A stretch of 64,000 nt of DNA, taken from Candidatus Undinarchaeota archaeon. Its GTDB lineage: Archaea; SpSt-1190; JASMDC01. The position numbers and the translations under genes are program-made. The stretch covers positions 32,001 through 96,000 of the forward strand of contig CAZFHY010000005.1 of NCBI GenBank assembly GCA_964519305.1, written 5' to 3'. Every line of letters starts with the position of its first letter. The first letter of the stretch is position 1. The notes below the pieces were generated by a model. That model did no database searches. It was not told the DNA's origin and saw only the letters and a list, made by a program, of their open reading frames with translations. Below, piece by piece: positions 54,436-64,000 of this stretch.

Positions 54436-55821
54436 TCATGTGGTGAACCGATCATGGATGGCCTGCGCAGCCTTTCGTCCGGCGATGATGGCCTTAACCA
54501 CCGTGGAACCGCCATGGACAACGTCGCCACCGGCGAACACCCGATCATTGGCTGTGGCCCCGGTCTCCTCGTCAGCATCGAGATGGCCCCATTTCCCCCG
54601 GGGCTCGACACCCGGGAGCGCCTCGCGCACCCCTGCAGCGGGGGTCTGGCCTATGGCCATGATTACCGTGTCCACGTCCGTGGTGAACTCGGAGCCCTCG
54701 ATGGGCACGGGCCGTGGTCGGCCGGAGCGGTCCAGATCTCCGAGCTCCATGCGGATACACTCCACGCCGGTAACGCGATCATTCTCCCCGAGGACCCGGA
54801 CAGGATTCGTGAGGAACAAGATCTCCACCCCTTCCTCGCGTACCTGGGCGAGCTCGTTGGGCGTGGCAGGCATCTGTTCCTCTCCACGTCTGTAGAAGAG
54901 GATGACCCTGTCAGCACCCTGACGCCTGGCCACGCGCAGGGAGTCCATGGCCACGTTCCCGCCACCGACCACTGCGACGGTCCCGACCATGGGTGGCACC
55001 TTGATGTCCTTCACGCCCGCATCCGCGAGGTTGGCGGCAACGAGCACGTCGAGGGCTGTGTACACACCCTCAAGCTCTTCGCCAGGGATGCCCATGGTAT
55101 AGGGCTCGGTCTCCCCCGTGGCCACGAACACCGCGTCAAATGACGCGAGGTCGTCGTTCGTGAGGTCCTTCCCCAGCCGGCGTCCGGTCTCGAAGCGTAC
55201 GCCCAGCTTTCGGAGGGGCTCCACCTCTTTCTCCACCACGTCGTTGGGGAGTCGGTATCCGGGAATCCCATAGACCAGTAGCCCCCCGAGAAGGGGTTGT
55301 GCCTCGAACACCGTGACGGTATGGCCGAGGATGGCGAGCTCCCTGGCACAGGCAAGGCCCGCGGGACCGGATCCGATGACGGCCACGGTACGCCCCGTGG
55401 ACGTACCAGCTGATGATGGCGCCTGCCATCCGCGGTCGGCGGCGAAGCGCTCCAGCGCCCCGATGCGCACGGGATCAAATTTCTTGCCCAGCACGCACGA
55501 ACCCTCGCACTGGTCCTCGTGGGGGCACACCCGTGAACAGAAAGCGGGGAAGATGTTGTGGTCCCGGACGATGGTAAAGGCATCGTCGAACCGGCCTTCA
55601 CTGATGGCGAGCACCATGGCAGGGATGTCGTTGTTGGCGGGGCAACCTGTCCTGCAGACAGGATCCTTGCACTGTAGACAGCGCTCCGCCTCGGCACGGG
55701 CCTCCTCTTCGGAGTACCCGAGCTCGACCTCCCGATAGTCACTGATGCGATCACGAGGAGAGGCTTTCCGCATGGGGACGCTCTCCTTGCGTAGCTTCTT
55801 CGCAGGCGTTTTTTCGGACAT
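54436..55821 (-). CDS. GltD/SudA/NfnB-like NAD(P)H-dependent Fe-S flavoprotein
   Basis: 'RCLQCKDPVCRTGCP', 'RVCPHEDQCEGSC', 'GSGPAG', 'YGIPGYRL', 'GGGNVAMD' and 'FAGGD'. Confidence 0.9.
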   Translation of the reverse strand: MSEKTPAKKLRKESVPMRKASPRDRISDYREVELGYSEEEARAEAERCLQCKDPVCRTGCPANNDIPAMVLAISEGRFDDAFTIVRDHNIFPAFCSRVCPHEDQCEGSCVLGKKFDPVRIGALERFAADRGWQAPSSAGTSTGRTVAVIGSGPAGLACARELAILGHTVTVFEAQPLLGGLLVYGIPGYRLPNDVVEKEVEPLRKLGVRFETGRRLGKDLTNDDLASFDAVFVATGETEPYTMGIPGEELEGVYTALDVLVAANLADAGVKDIKVPPMVGTVAVVGGGNVAMDSLRVARRQGADRVILFYRRGEEQMPATPNELAQVREEGVEILFLTNPVRVLGENDRVTGVECIRMELGDLDRSGRPRPVPIEGSEFTTDVDTVIMAIGQTPAAGVREALPGVEPRGKWGHLDADEETGATANDRVFAGGDVVHGGSTVVKAIIAGRKAAQAIHDRFTT

Positions 55822-55899
55822 GGTGCAGACCTCGGGCGCTAGGCGAGAAAGGTATATTTTAAGAGGATATATGTCGGGGCGCGACAGGGCCGCGACCAT

Positions 55900-57144
55900 T
55901 CACGGCCAGATACCCCGCTGCTCCTGCGCGTCCACGAGGCGGCCGACGGCGAGGACATAGGCGGCCGTCCTTAGGTCCACACTGTGCTCTTCGGCCATGG
56001 CCAGCACCTCGTCATACGCCTTGAGCATGAGGTCGCGCAACTGCACGTTGATCTCGTCCTCGCTCCAGAAGAAGGAGGACGTGTCCTGCACCCATTCGAA
56101 GTAGGAGAGGGTCACCCCTCCGGCGCTGGCCAGAATGTCCGGTAGGACGACCACGCCGCGCTTCTGTAACCCCTCGGCAGCCCTGGAGGTCACAGAGGCG
56201 TTGGCTGCCTCTACCACGATCCGGGCCTTGACACTCGCTTCGTTCCTGCTGGTCACTGTCAGTTCCCGGGCGGCAGAAACGAGCACGTCCACATCCAATG
56301 CCATGATCTCCTTATCCGTCATGTCCCTGACTCCAGGGAATCCTTTGACAGCACCCTTTACAGCCGTCCACTCCCTGAGGGCAGGAATGTCAAGCCCGTC
56401 ACCATCGTACACGCCACCATGTCGGTCCGATACGGCGACCACTGTGCAGCCTTTTCGCGTCAAGTGGTGGGCGACGTTGCTCCCCACGTTCCCGAAACCG
56501 ATAACGGCCACGGTGGCCCCCTTGAGTGGAATGCCGGCATGTTTCAGTGCTTGCCGCGTCACGAACATCACGCCACGCCCGGTCGCGTCCTTCCGTCCTT
56601 TCGTACCACCGACCTCCACCGGTTTCCCCGTGACTACACCGGTTATGGTGTGCCCCTGCATAGTACTGTAGGTGTCCATTATCCAGCTCATAACCCGCTG
56701 GTCGGTGCCGCGTCCGGGGGCCGGGATATCCTTCTTCGGACCGATGAAAGGGGCGATCATATAGGTATAGCGCCGAGTGACTCGCTCGAGCTCCTCAGCG
56801 GAAAGTTCCTCGGGATCACAATCCACGGCACCGTGCGCACCACCCCACGGGAAGTTCATGACGGCGCACTTCAGGCTCATTATGGCGGCGATGGATCTGA
56901 TTATGTCGGGATCTGCACCAGGATCGAAGCGCACACCACCCTTGAATGGACCCCTGGAGTTGTAGTACTGGATACGGTAGCCAGTGAACACCTTGATAGT
57001 ATCATCATCCATTACGAGTGGGACGGCGACCTTAATCTCGCGACGCGAGTGGCGTAGCCGCTCCACCTTCTCATTAGGGAGGCCGAGTATCTCTGCTGCC
57101 TTCTCGATATCCCGAAATACTTCATGAAAATAGCATGAACCCAT
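55900..57144 (-). CDS. Glutamate dehydrogenase paralog with substituted catalytic residues (candidate regulatory subunit)
   Basis: Full GDH sequence, but GGAKGG is GGAHGA and DIPAPD is DIPAPG. Confidence 0.85.
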   Translation of the reverse strand: MGSCYFHEVFRDIEKAAEILGLPNEKVERLRHSRREIKVAVPLVMDDDTIKVFTGYRIQYYNSRGPFKGGVRFDPGADPDIIRSIAAIMSLKCAVMNFPWGGAHGAVDCDPEELSAEELERVTRRYTYMIAPFIGPKKDIPAPGRGTDQRVMSWIMDTYSTMQGHTITGVVTGKPVEVGGTKGRKDATGRGVMFVTRQALKHAGIPLKGATVAVIGFGNVGSNVAHHLTRKGCTVVAVSDRHGGVYDGDGLDIPALREWTAVKGAVKGFPGVRDMTDKEIMALDVDVLVSAARELTVTSRNEASVKARIVVEAANASVTSRAAEGLQKRGVVVLPDILASAGGVTLSYFEWVQDTSSFFWSEDEINVQLRDLMLKAYDEVLAMAEEHSVDLRTAAYVLAVGRLVDAQEQRGIWP

Positions 57145-57350
57145 GGCCCGTCCCAGTTCGGGCGTGGCCCATATAATTTATATATACCGTGGCAATGGGC
57201 CTCATTGAGATTCCCCTGTGTAATCCTTTCGGGGGGAGTGGGACCTCTGCTAATAGAAGGGAGGGCACCCCCGACCCAGACTCGGCTTGAACCGGTGACG
57301 TGGGCCCGGGGTACCCTCACATGCAGGTAATCCTGTTCTGAATTCTCTCC

Positions 57351-58634
57351 TTAGGGGAAGATACCGCGCATGGTGATGGCATCGGCCACACGCTTCAGTG
57401 CCAGACAGTAGGCGCCGATGCGCATGTCCACCTTGTACTTCTCCGAGAGCTTCACCACATCCGCAAAGGAGTCGACCATGACGCCCCGCAGCTTCACGTT
57501 GACATCGTGCTCGGTCCAGAAGTGGGCCTGGAGGTCCTGCACCCACTCGAAGTACGAGACGGTAACACCACCGGCGTTGGCCAGGATGTCAGGGACCACG
57601 AAGATACCCTTCTTGAAGAGTACCTCGTCGGCCTCAGGCGTGGTGGGGCCATTGGCACCCTCCACGATTATCTTGGCCTTGATCTTGTCGGCGTTCTCCT
57701 TGGTGATCTGGTTCTCCAGAGCGGCCGGGATGAGCACGTCCACAGGTAGTTCGAGGAGCTTCTTGGTGGCCGCGGCCGGCCCCTCGATCCACTCACACGC
57801 GGGCTGCTCCTTCTCGAATCCCTTGAGCAGATGGTCGTCCTTCTCATTGACGTAGGCGAAGGCCTTCTCGATGTCGACGCCGTCCGGATTGAATATACCG
57901 CCAGATGCGTCGGAGATCGCCACGATCTTCGAGCCCTTCTGTTGCATGAACAGGGCGGCATGGTTCCCCACGTTACCGAAGCCCTGTACCGCGCAGGTAG
58001 CACCCTCGATCGGGATGTTCTTGTGCTTGAGCGCTTCCCTGGCCACGAACATCACACCACGACCAGTAGCCTCGTTCCGACCCTTGGAACCACCGAGGGA
58101 GATGGGCTTCCCCGTTACAACACCGGGTACGGAGTAGCCCTGGAACATCGAGTAGGTGTCCATGAACCAGGCCATGGTCTGGGCGTTCGTGAACACATCG
58201 GGAGCCGGGATGTCCTTCTCGGGGCCGATTAACGGAAGGATCATGTAAGCGTAACGACGGGTGAGGCGCTCCAACTCCTTTTCCGACATTGAGGGGGGGT
58301 CACAGATGACACCTCCCTTCGCCCCACCGTAGGGGATGTTGACAACTGCGCACTTCCAGGTCATCCAGGCCGCCAGCGCCCGCACCTCGTCGAGGTCGAC
58401 GTCGGGGTGGTAGCGGATGCCGCCCTTGGTGGGTCCTCGTGCATAATTGTACTGGACTCGGTAGCCCTGGAAAACCCTGACTTCACCGTTGTCCATCTTG
58501 ATCGGCATGGAGACAGCCAGTTCCCGCTGGGGGTGCTTGAGTATTCCCACTACACCCTTGTCTAGCTTCAGTATCTCGTTTGCCTTGTCTATCTGCTTGA
58601 TAACGTTCTCGAACGGATTGATCTTGTGTGCCAT
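57351..58634 (-). CDS. gdhA: Glutamate dehydrogenase
   Basis: 'GPTKGGIRY', 'MTWKCA', 'GGAKGG', 'DIPAPD', 'GFGNVG' and 'SYFEWVQ'. Confidence 0.95.
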   Translation of the reverse strand: MAHKINPFENVIKQIDKANEILKLDKGVVGILKHPQRELAVSMPIKMDNGEVRVFQGYRVQYNYARGPTKGGIRYHPDVDLDEVRALAAWMTWKCAVVNIPYGGAKGGVICDPPSMSEKELERLTRRYAYMILPLIGPEKDIPAPDVFTNAQTMAWFMDTYSMFQGYSVPGVVTGKPISLGGSKGRNEATGRGVMFVAREALKHKNIPIEGATCAVQGFGNVGNHAALFMQQKGSKIVAISDASGGIFNPDGVDIEKAFAYVNEKDDHLLKGFEKEQPACEWIEGPAAATKKLLELPVDVLIPAALENQITKENADKIKAKIIVEGANGPTTPEADEVLFKKGIFVVPDILANAGGVTVSYFEWVQDLQAHFWTEHDVNVKLRGVMVDSFADVVKLSEKYKVDMRIGAYCLALKRVADAITMRGIFP

Positions 58635-58806
58635 TTTAGTACCCTCGAACCGCGTGCGCACAACAAAGTTCGTCTTATAAACTATTCGCACCGGGCGTGT
58701 TAGTGTGCTGCCATAGCCCAAGGTAGCACACCTCATGATATGAGGGCCACTCGGACGGGCTTCGGAGGTTTTTTAAAACTAACCAGCGGGTGATTTGAGC
58801 GGTAGC

Positions 58807-59130
58807 ATGGCCAGAGATGTCATAGGGAAGGTGCTTGAAGCAGAGGCCGATGCGGAGCAGGTCCTAAAAGAAGGACGGGACAGTTCGCAGCGCATCCTCG
58901 CCGAGGCCAATAAGGATCGTGACGAACAGGTCGCGAAAGCTCGTGAGGCTGCGCACAAGGAGGGCGAGGCCCTCTTGGCCAGGACTCGAGATGAGGCTGA
59001 GGCTGAGGGGAAGCGCATCCTCGATGAGGGGCGCACAGAAGCGGAGCGCATCCAGAAAGAGGCGACCAAAAAGGTCGCCGTCGCCGCTGCCGCCGTGGTT
59101 AAGGCCGTCGTGGGGAATGAGCGTGTTTAG
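58807..59130 (+). CDS. atpH: A-type ATP synthase subunit H
   Basis: Charged coiled coil; first gene of the operon, before subunit I. Confidence 0.8.
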   Translation: MARDVIGKVLEAEADAEQVLKEGRDSSQRILAEANKDRDEQVAKAREAAHKEGEALLARTRDEAEAEGKRILDEGRTEAERIQKEATKKVAVAAAAVVKAVVGNERV

Positions 59131-61066
59131 ACCCTCCCCCATGAAGCGTGTTACTGTGGTGGGACCCATCCAGCATCGTCTCCCGCTCTTACGAGCATTC
59201 TATAAAGAGGGCTCGATCTCGCTCATCCGCTGCGAAGTGGAGGGTGCCGAACCGGCCGGCATCACCGACGGTTCACGGGCCGCATCATCCCTTCACATGA
59301 AGGCGTCACGCATCCGGGATCTCCTCTGTTCCAGGGGCGCCAGCAACATCATAGAGATGTTCATGGGCGTACAACCGCGGTTCACCAAGACCCTGACGTC
59401 TGATGAGGAAGTGGCCCGGATCGAGGAGTCCGTGAAGCTAGTCGCCGAGCTCGAGGAGCGGATCCGTGATATCGAGGGAGGCCGCTCCGAGGTCCGCACC
59501 CAGCAGGAGGCCCTGGAAGAGCACCGGAATCGCACAGAGCTCTGGAACCTTTTCGGGGTCGAAGGTGGGAGCTGGACCCTATTGGAGATCGTTATCGGGA
59601 CCACCTCCGAGCCTGACCGTGTGGAGGAAGAGCTGGCCGAAGGGCCGGACACGCTCCATTGGGAATCGCAAGAACGGGACCATGGAAGTCATGCGTACTG
59701 TGTCCTCGCCCCAAGAGGCACAGAGATCCTCCGGCGGCTCAAGCTCACCGGACTCGAGCCCGTACCTCAGCCAGGCCCGATCCCTGATGTGACCGATGAG
59801 GACCTTGCACGTCGTGAGCAGGAACTCGTTGACGAGCTGGCGATGCTCGCTAAGGAGCATGGAGAGGCGCTAGAGGTGCTCGTGGAGCTGCTCGGGTTCG
59901 AGCGCGAGCAGTTGGACGGGGAGGGCCTTACGAGATCCACCAAGCGTACCTTCGTCCTCGATTTCTGGACACCCGCCAGCCACTTGGACAGCGTCGAGAC
60001 CGTGGCACACAAGATATGCGGCGACGCGGTCATCGTGGAAGCCACGGACCCCGAGGGCGATGAAGCCCCTGTGCTCCTTGACAATCCGCCCATTCTCAAA
60101 TCCTTCGAACTGCTTACCAAGACCTACGGTCTACCTACCTACACATCGACCGACCCCACCATCATCTTTGCGATATTCTTCCCGCTGTTCTTCGGTTTCA
60201 TGCTCAACGACTTCATCTACGGCCTGGCGCTACTGGCCGTTGTGTTCCATCTCAGGAAGCGGGTGTCCCAACCGAAAGGGGCCCGGGAACTGTTCGGGGT
60301 GCTCACGGCATGCGCCCTCGTCACGCTCGTTATAGGCGTCATCATGGGCAGCTTCTTCGGCGACCTCATCGAGTGTACTGCAAAGCATGGGGAGCACGAG
60401 GGACTGCAGTGGCCAGCCATCGATGTCGGCCCCACGAACTACCCCGACTTCCCGGTCCCTTATTGCTACAAACCCGCCTATCCGGGAATGGCCAACGCCG
60501 AGACCCTTCTCTACCTCTCGTTCTTAATGGGGCTCATGCACATCAACCTCGGTATCCTGGTGGGACTGGCCGACGGTATCCGCAACCGCGACTGGAAGCG
60601 ACTGATAACGGAGCAGGGTTTCTGGCTACTTGTGGAGGCCGGGATCGTCTCCGCGCTGTTAGGAGCCACATACATCGGCCTCGGGCTCGTCGCCCTCGCC
60701 CTGTTGGGCTTCATGGTCGGCGAGGGACCCAACCTTCCCATCGCGTCGTTCTCACGCTTCTTCGATGTCACCGGTTTCTTTGGTCGGGTGCTCTCCTATG
60801 GGCGCCTCCTGGCCATCAGTCTTTCCGGTGCCGGTATCGCCATGGTAGTTAACATGCTCGCGGGCATCCTGGGAGGCATCTCGATACTCCTCGGGATCCC
60901 GTTCCTCCTACTGGGGCACGGTGCGGCATTCCTCTCGGCCGCCTTCGGCTCCTTCGTCCATGCTCTCAGGCTCCATTATGTTGAGCACTTCAGCGCCTAT
61001 TACGAAGGAGGGGGCTCTGCGTTCGCCCCGTTCGGTCCACGGCGCGTGTGTACAGAGGTGAAATAG
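59117..61066 (+). CDS. atpI: A-type ATP synthase subunit I (a)
   Basis: 'YGLP.Y...DPT', 'FFGFML.D..YG', 'LSYGRLLA' and 'HALRLHYVE'. Confidence 0.93.
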   Translation: MSVFRPSPMKRVTVVGPIQHRLPLLRAFYKEGSISLIRCEVEGAEPAGITDGSRAASSLHMKASRIRDLLCSRGASNIIEMFMGVQPRFTKTLTSDEEVARIEESVKLVAELEERIRDIEGGRSEVRTQQEALEEHRNRTELWNLFGVEGGSWTLLEIVIGTTSEPDRVEEELAEGPDTLHWESQERDHGSHAYCVLAPRGTEILRRLKLTGLEPVPQPGPIPDVTDEDLARREQELVDELAMLAKEHGEALEVLVELLGFEREQLDGEGLTRSTKRTFVLDFWTPASHLDSVETVAHKICGDAVIVEATDPEGDEAPVLLDNPPILKSFELLTKTYGLPTYTSTDPTIIFAIFFPLFFGFMLNDFIYGLALLAVVFHLRKRVSQPKGARELFGVLTACALVTLVIGVIMGSFFGDLIECTAKHGEHEGLQWPAIDVGPTNYPDFPVPYCYKPAYPGMANAETLLYLSFLMGLMHINLGILVGLADGIRNRDWKRLITEQGFWLLVEAGIVSALLGATYIGLGLVALALLGFMVGEGPNLPIASFSRFFDVTGFFGRVLSYGRLLAISLSGAGIAMVVNMLAGILGGISILLGIPFLLLGHGAAFLSAAFGSFVHALRLHYVEHFSAYYEGGGSAFAPFGPRRVCTEVK

Positions 61067-61068
61067 AC

Positions 61069-61341
61069 ATGCCACTCACAGATACTGCGCTCATATACGC
61101 CGTCGCCATGACCGGTGTCGGCACGGCCCTGGCCCTCGGATTGGCGGCCCTCGGTTCCGGCATCGGCCAGAGCATCACGGCCTCCGCTGCCACCCGTGTC
61201 GTTGAGAAGCGGGAGGAGACCATGGGCAAGATGATCGTGCTCTCGGCGCTGCCCGAGAACCAGGCCATCCTTGGGCTCATCGTCGCCCTGTTCCTCCTAT
61301 TCCGCGTCATGTTACCGCTGCTCGCGGTGGGGGTGCAGTGA
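61069..61341 (+). CDS. atpK: A-type ATP synthase subunit K (c), copy 1 (variant ion site)
   Basis: 'LAALGSGIGQ...LPENQAILG'. Confidence 0.9.
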   Translation: MPLTDTALIYAVAMTGVGTALALGLAALGSGIGQSITASAATRVVEKREETMGKMIVLSALPENQAILGLIVALFLLFRVMLPLLAVGVQ

Positions 61342-61414
61342 CATGAGCGGTCACATCATGATGAACGATCGTAACGAATGCGGGCCTAGGACCCGCGAAA
61401 TTAGGTGAATAACT

Positions 61415-61696
61415 ATGGTAGACGTACTAAGCAACGAGCTGATAATGTATGCCATCGGCCTGTCCAGCATCGGTGCTGGTCTGGCGATCGGCGCGGCAGC
61501 CCTTGGATCGGGTATCGGCCAGGGTATCGCCACGGCGTCCGCTGCTGGCGTCGTGGGAGAGAAGGAAGAGACAATGGGTAAGATGATCGTGTTCGCGGCT
61601 ATCCCCGAGACACAGGCTATCTACGGCCTCATCGTCGCCCTGTTCATCCTCTTCCGGGTCATCTTCCCGCTGTTGACAGCGGCAGGCGTCCAGTAG
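61415..61696 (+). CDS. atpK: A-type ATP synthase subunit K (c), copy 2 (Na+-type motif)
   Basis: 'GSGIGQG...PETQAIYG'; AGGTGA RBS. Confidence 0.93.
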   Translation: MVDVLSNELIMYAIGLSSIGAGLAIGAAALGSGIGQGIATASAAGVVGEKEETMGKMIVFAAIPETQAIYGLIVALFILFRVIFPLLTAAGVQ

Positions 61697-61703
61697 AACG
61701 GCC

Positions 61704-62330
61704 ATGGGAGCTAAAGAACTGCTCACATGGGTGAAGAGGACCTCCTCTGAGGAGGCTGAGACCGTCGTGACCGAGGCCGAGCGCAAGGCCATCGACATCC
61801 GCGCAGAGGGTGTAGCAGAGTGTGAAAATGTCACCCTCGTTATGCGCGGTGAGTACGAGCGTAAGTCTGGCCAGGAGCGTCTGCGCATCCTTGCTAGCCA
61901 GCGAGTGCTCGCTCGTCGAGCGGTCATGGAGCAGAAGGAGGTACTGATCGAGAAGGTCTTTGACGAGGCACAGAACGCCCTCATCGGCCTTGCCGACAGG
62001 CCCGAGTACACCGACATCCTGGTCCGCCTTGTGGTGGAAGGGGCCGCGGCCCTTGGTGGCGGTTCGCTCGTAGCCCTTGTGCGGCAGGAGGACCTCGGTA
62101 TCCTCCGGCCACGGCTTCCGAACATCCAGACGGCGGTGAGCAAGGCGACCGGACACGACACATCCATCACCGTTCAGGAGGCGGATCGCGCCATCACCGG
62201 TGGCGTCGTGGTCGCCTCGGAGGACGGTACGCGACGGGTGGACAACACCCTGCAGGCACGGATGGACGCCATGGACGAGGAGCTTCGCACGGTAGCTGCC
62301 CGCGAGCTCTTCGGTAACAGGGAGGGCTAA
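61704..62330 (+). CDS. atpE: A-type ATP synthase subunit E
   Basis: N-terminal coiled coil; 'GGVVV...DG..RVDNT...R...LF'. Confidence 0.9.
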   Translation: MGAKELLTWVKRTSSEEAETVVTEAERKAIDIRAEGVAECENVTLVMRGEYERKSGQERLRILASQRVLARRAVMEQKEVLIEKVFDEAQNALIGLADRPEYTDILVRLVVEGAAALGGGSLVALVRQEDLGILRPRLPNIQTAVSKATGHDTSITVQEADRAITGGVVVASEDGTRRVDNTLQARMDAMDEELRTVAARELFGNREG

Positions 62331-63448
62331 TGGAACCATCCTCCGTCGTCCTCTTCAGCCTGGCCCTAGGCTTCCTGGGAGGGTTCGCGATAGCGCTAGT
62401 AGCAGCTCTCGGGAACGTCCGGGTCGTCCGGGCCGCGGCCTACGCCTATACCACGGCCCGGCTGCGGGTAATCAGGGGCATCGCCCTCTCCCCCCGTCGA
62501 TGGGAGGAGCTGTTAAGGGCGGGCTCGCTCCAGGACATGGCGCCCGCTCTGGACGGTACAATCTACGGTCCAGCCCTCATGCCCGTGCTTGCGCGCGGAG
62601 ATGTCGACGGAGCGGACCATACCCTGGACCGGGAACTGGCACGCCTTGAAGTGCGTGCTCTGGACCTAGTGCCGGTGAAGGACCGTCAGTTCGGACGGCT
62701 GCTCGGGCTGCGTCTGGATATCGCCAGCATCCGCCGTGTCATACGCGGCATCCATGCCGGACGTACTGCGGACGAACTCGAAAACATCCATCCTGCCCCC
62801 ACATGGGGCCGGCGGGACGCCCATTACTATGAGTTGATGGCGCGGGCATCCACAGTGGAGGAGGCTGTGATCAGGCTCAGTCACGAGCTCGACATCTCCC
62901 TTGATGCGGCACTGGACTCCTACAAAGAGAACGGCAATCTCCATGCGCTCGAACTGGCGCTCGACGCAGTATGGTTCGATGCCATGGACCACGCGATACT
63001 ACCTGGCGCGGACATGGCCCTCGTGACCATCGTGGAAGAGATGGCGGACGTAGAGAACCTCAAGATGGCCCTGCGCGCGGCTAACCGTGGTGCTGAACCC
63101 CCCGCGTCCTTGCCAGGGGGCGGGCTCTCGGCCGATGTGCTGGAGAAGGCCGCCCGGGCCGATTCGCTTGATGTGTTCGCCGCAGCGCTCGAGGGATCCA
63201 TCTACGGGCCCATGCTCGTGGAGGCGTTGTCCAGCGGGACCGGCGCACCTGGGATGGAGGCTGCACTGGACCGACACATCCTCGCACTTGCTCGGACCAC
63301 GTTCCAAGGCTCACCCTTCGGCCTAGAGGCGATACTTGCCTTCATGCTGGAGCGGGAGTACGAGGCACGGAACCTCCGCGCCGTGATCAGGGGCAAGGCC
63401 GCCAATATGGATCAGAGCACCATAAAAGAGCTCATGGTGGTGGTATGA
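62330..63448 (+). CDS. atpC: A-type ATP synthase subunit C
   Basis: 'YAYTTARLR', 'D..NL' and 'E.RNLR.V..GK'. Confidence 0.88.
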   Translation: MEPSSVVLFSLALGFLGGFAIALVAALGNVRVVRAAAYAYTTARLRVIRGIALSPRRWEELLRAGSLQDMAPALDGTIYGPALMPVLARGDVDGADHTLDRELARLEVRALDLVPVKDRQFGRLLGLRLDIASIRRVIRGIHAGRTADELENIHPAPTWGRRDAHYYELMARASTVEEAVIRLSHELDISLDAALDSYKENGNLHALELALDAVWFDAMDHAILPGADMALVTIVEEMADVENLKMALRAANRGAEPPASLPGGGLSADVLEKAARADSLDVFAAALEGSIYGPMLVEALSSGTGAPGMEAALDRHILALARTTFQGSPFGLEAILAFMLEREYEARNLRAVIRGKAANMDQSTIKELMVVV

Positions 63449-63449
63449 G

Positions 63450-63755
63450 ATGCGAATAGGAGTAGTCGGCGACCTGCAGACGGTTACGGGCTTCCGCCTG
63501 GCCGGTGTGAGGGTCGCACAGGAGATCGTCGCAGAGGACGACACTGACTGGGGGTCCGTGGCAGAGGCCCTCAAAAAGGCCGAGGTAGCTCTTGTCATCG
63601 CTACGGAGGCATCGGCGGAGCACCTCGTGCCCCGCCTATCAAAGGAGATCATGCTCATCGAGGTACCCGACGCCTCAGGGCCACGACCGCGTGAGGAGAG
63701 CATCGCTCAGGAGCTCGCGCGCAGGGCCACCGGAGTCGGGATAAAGGAGGAATAA
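63450..63755 (+). CDS. atpF: A-type ATP synthase subunit F
   Basis: '[16 protein letters not shown]' and 'RRATGV'. Confidence 0.92.
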   Translation: MRIGVVGDLQTVTGFRLAGVRVAQEIVAEDDTDWGSVAEALKKAEVALVIATEASAEHLVPRLSKEIMLIEVPDASGPRPREESIAQELARRATGVGIKEE

Positions 63756-63757
63756 TC

Positions 63758-64000
63758 GTGATATCAGGAAAGATCATTAAAATCGCCGGACCCGTTGTCG
63801 TCGCTGACGGGCTCAAGGGTGTGAGGATGTACGAGGTCGTCCACGTTGGTGCAGAGCACCTGGTGGGCGAGGTCATCCAGATCATCGGTGAATCGGCCGT
63901 CATCCAGGTGTACGAAGAGACAGCGGGTATCGCACCCGGTGACGAGGTCGTGGCCACGGGCGCTCCACTCTCGGTGGATCTGGGTCCGGGGCTGTTGAGT
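63758..64000 (+). CDS. atpA: A-type ATP synthase subunit A (N-terminus; truncated by window)
   Basis: Translated by hand: [18 protein letters not shown]...MYEVV...GEVI...QVYEETAG...[11 protein letters not shown]. Confidence 0.95.
   Translation, partial: MISGKIIKIAGPVVVADGLKGVRMYEVVHVGAEHLVGEVIQIIGESAVIQVYEETAGIAPGDEVVATGAPLSVDLGPGLLS

Noticed and set aside
62330-62430. Hydrophobic N-terminal extension on ATP synthase subunit C
   Set aside because: Similar extensions are known in several euryarchaeal AtpC proteins

Overview
GC-rich archaeal chromosome segment: it carries archaeal lipid genes (GGGP and DGGGP synthases), Tsr3, L40e, an A-type ATP synthase operon and archaeal class III signal peptides. 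The lineage cannot be fixed from the sequence alone; the L40e insertion hints at a DPANN-like group. The dominant accessory feature is a ~14.5 kb minus-strand operon (3754-18259) with a prepilin peptidase, seven class III (type IV pilin) signal-peptide proteins and one ~1380-aa Sec-exported protein. Several of these are very large, acidic and Cys-rich, and share a C-x(3-7)-G-x-W-x(4-9)-C repeat; one also has cupredoxin-like domains nested in it. A tnpB-only IS200/IS605 element with both ends visible sits at the likely promoter of this operon. The rest holds allH-fdrA(allF)-allG, a PrsW-fused ABC permease, a solitary pilin, amrB, pyrBIDKCFE (no carAB here), tdh-kbl, a SAMP, tRNA-Thr(CGT) overlapped by a CDS, mtnA, xdhC, a NodU carbamoyltransferase and a GT-C glycosyltransferase. 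It ends with an active glutamate dehydrogenase, an apparently dead paralog, a GltD/NfnB-like gene and atpHIK1K2ECFA with two different c-subunits. All family calls come from motifs recognised by eye; no database search was run.
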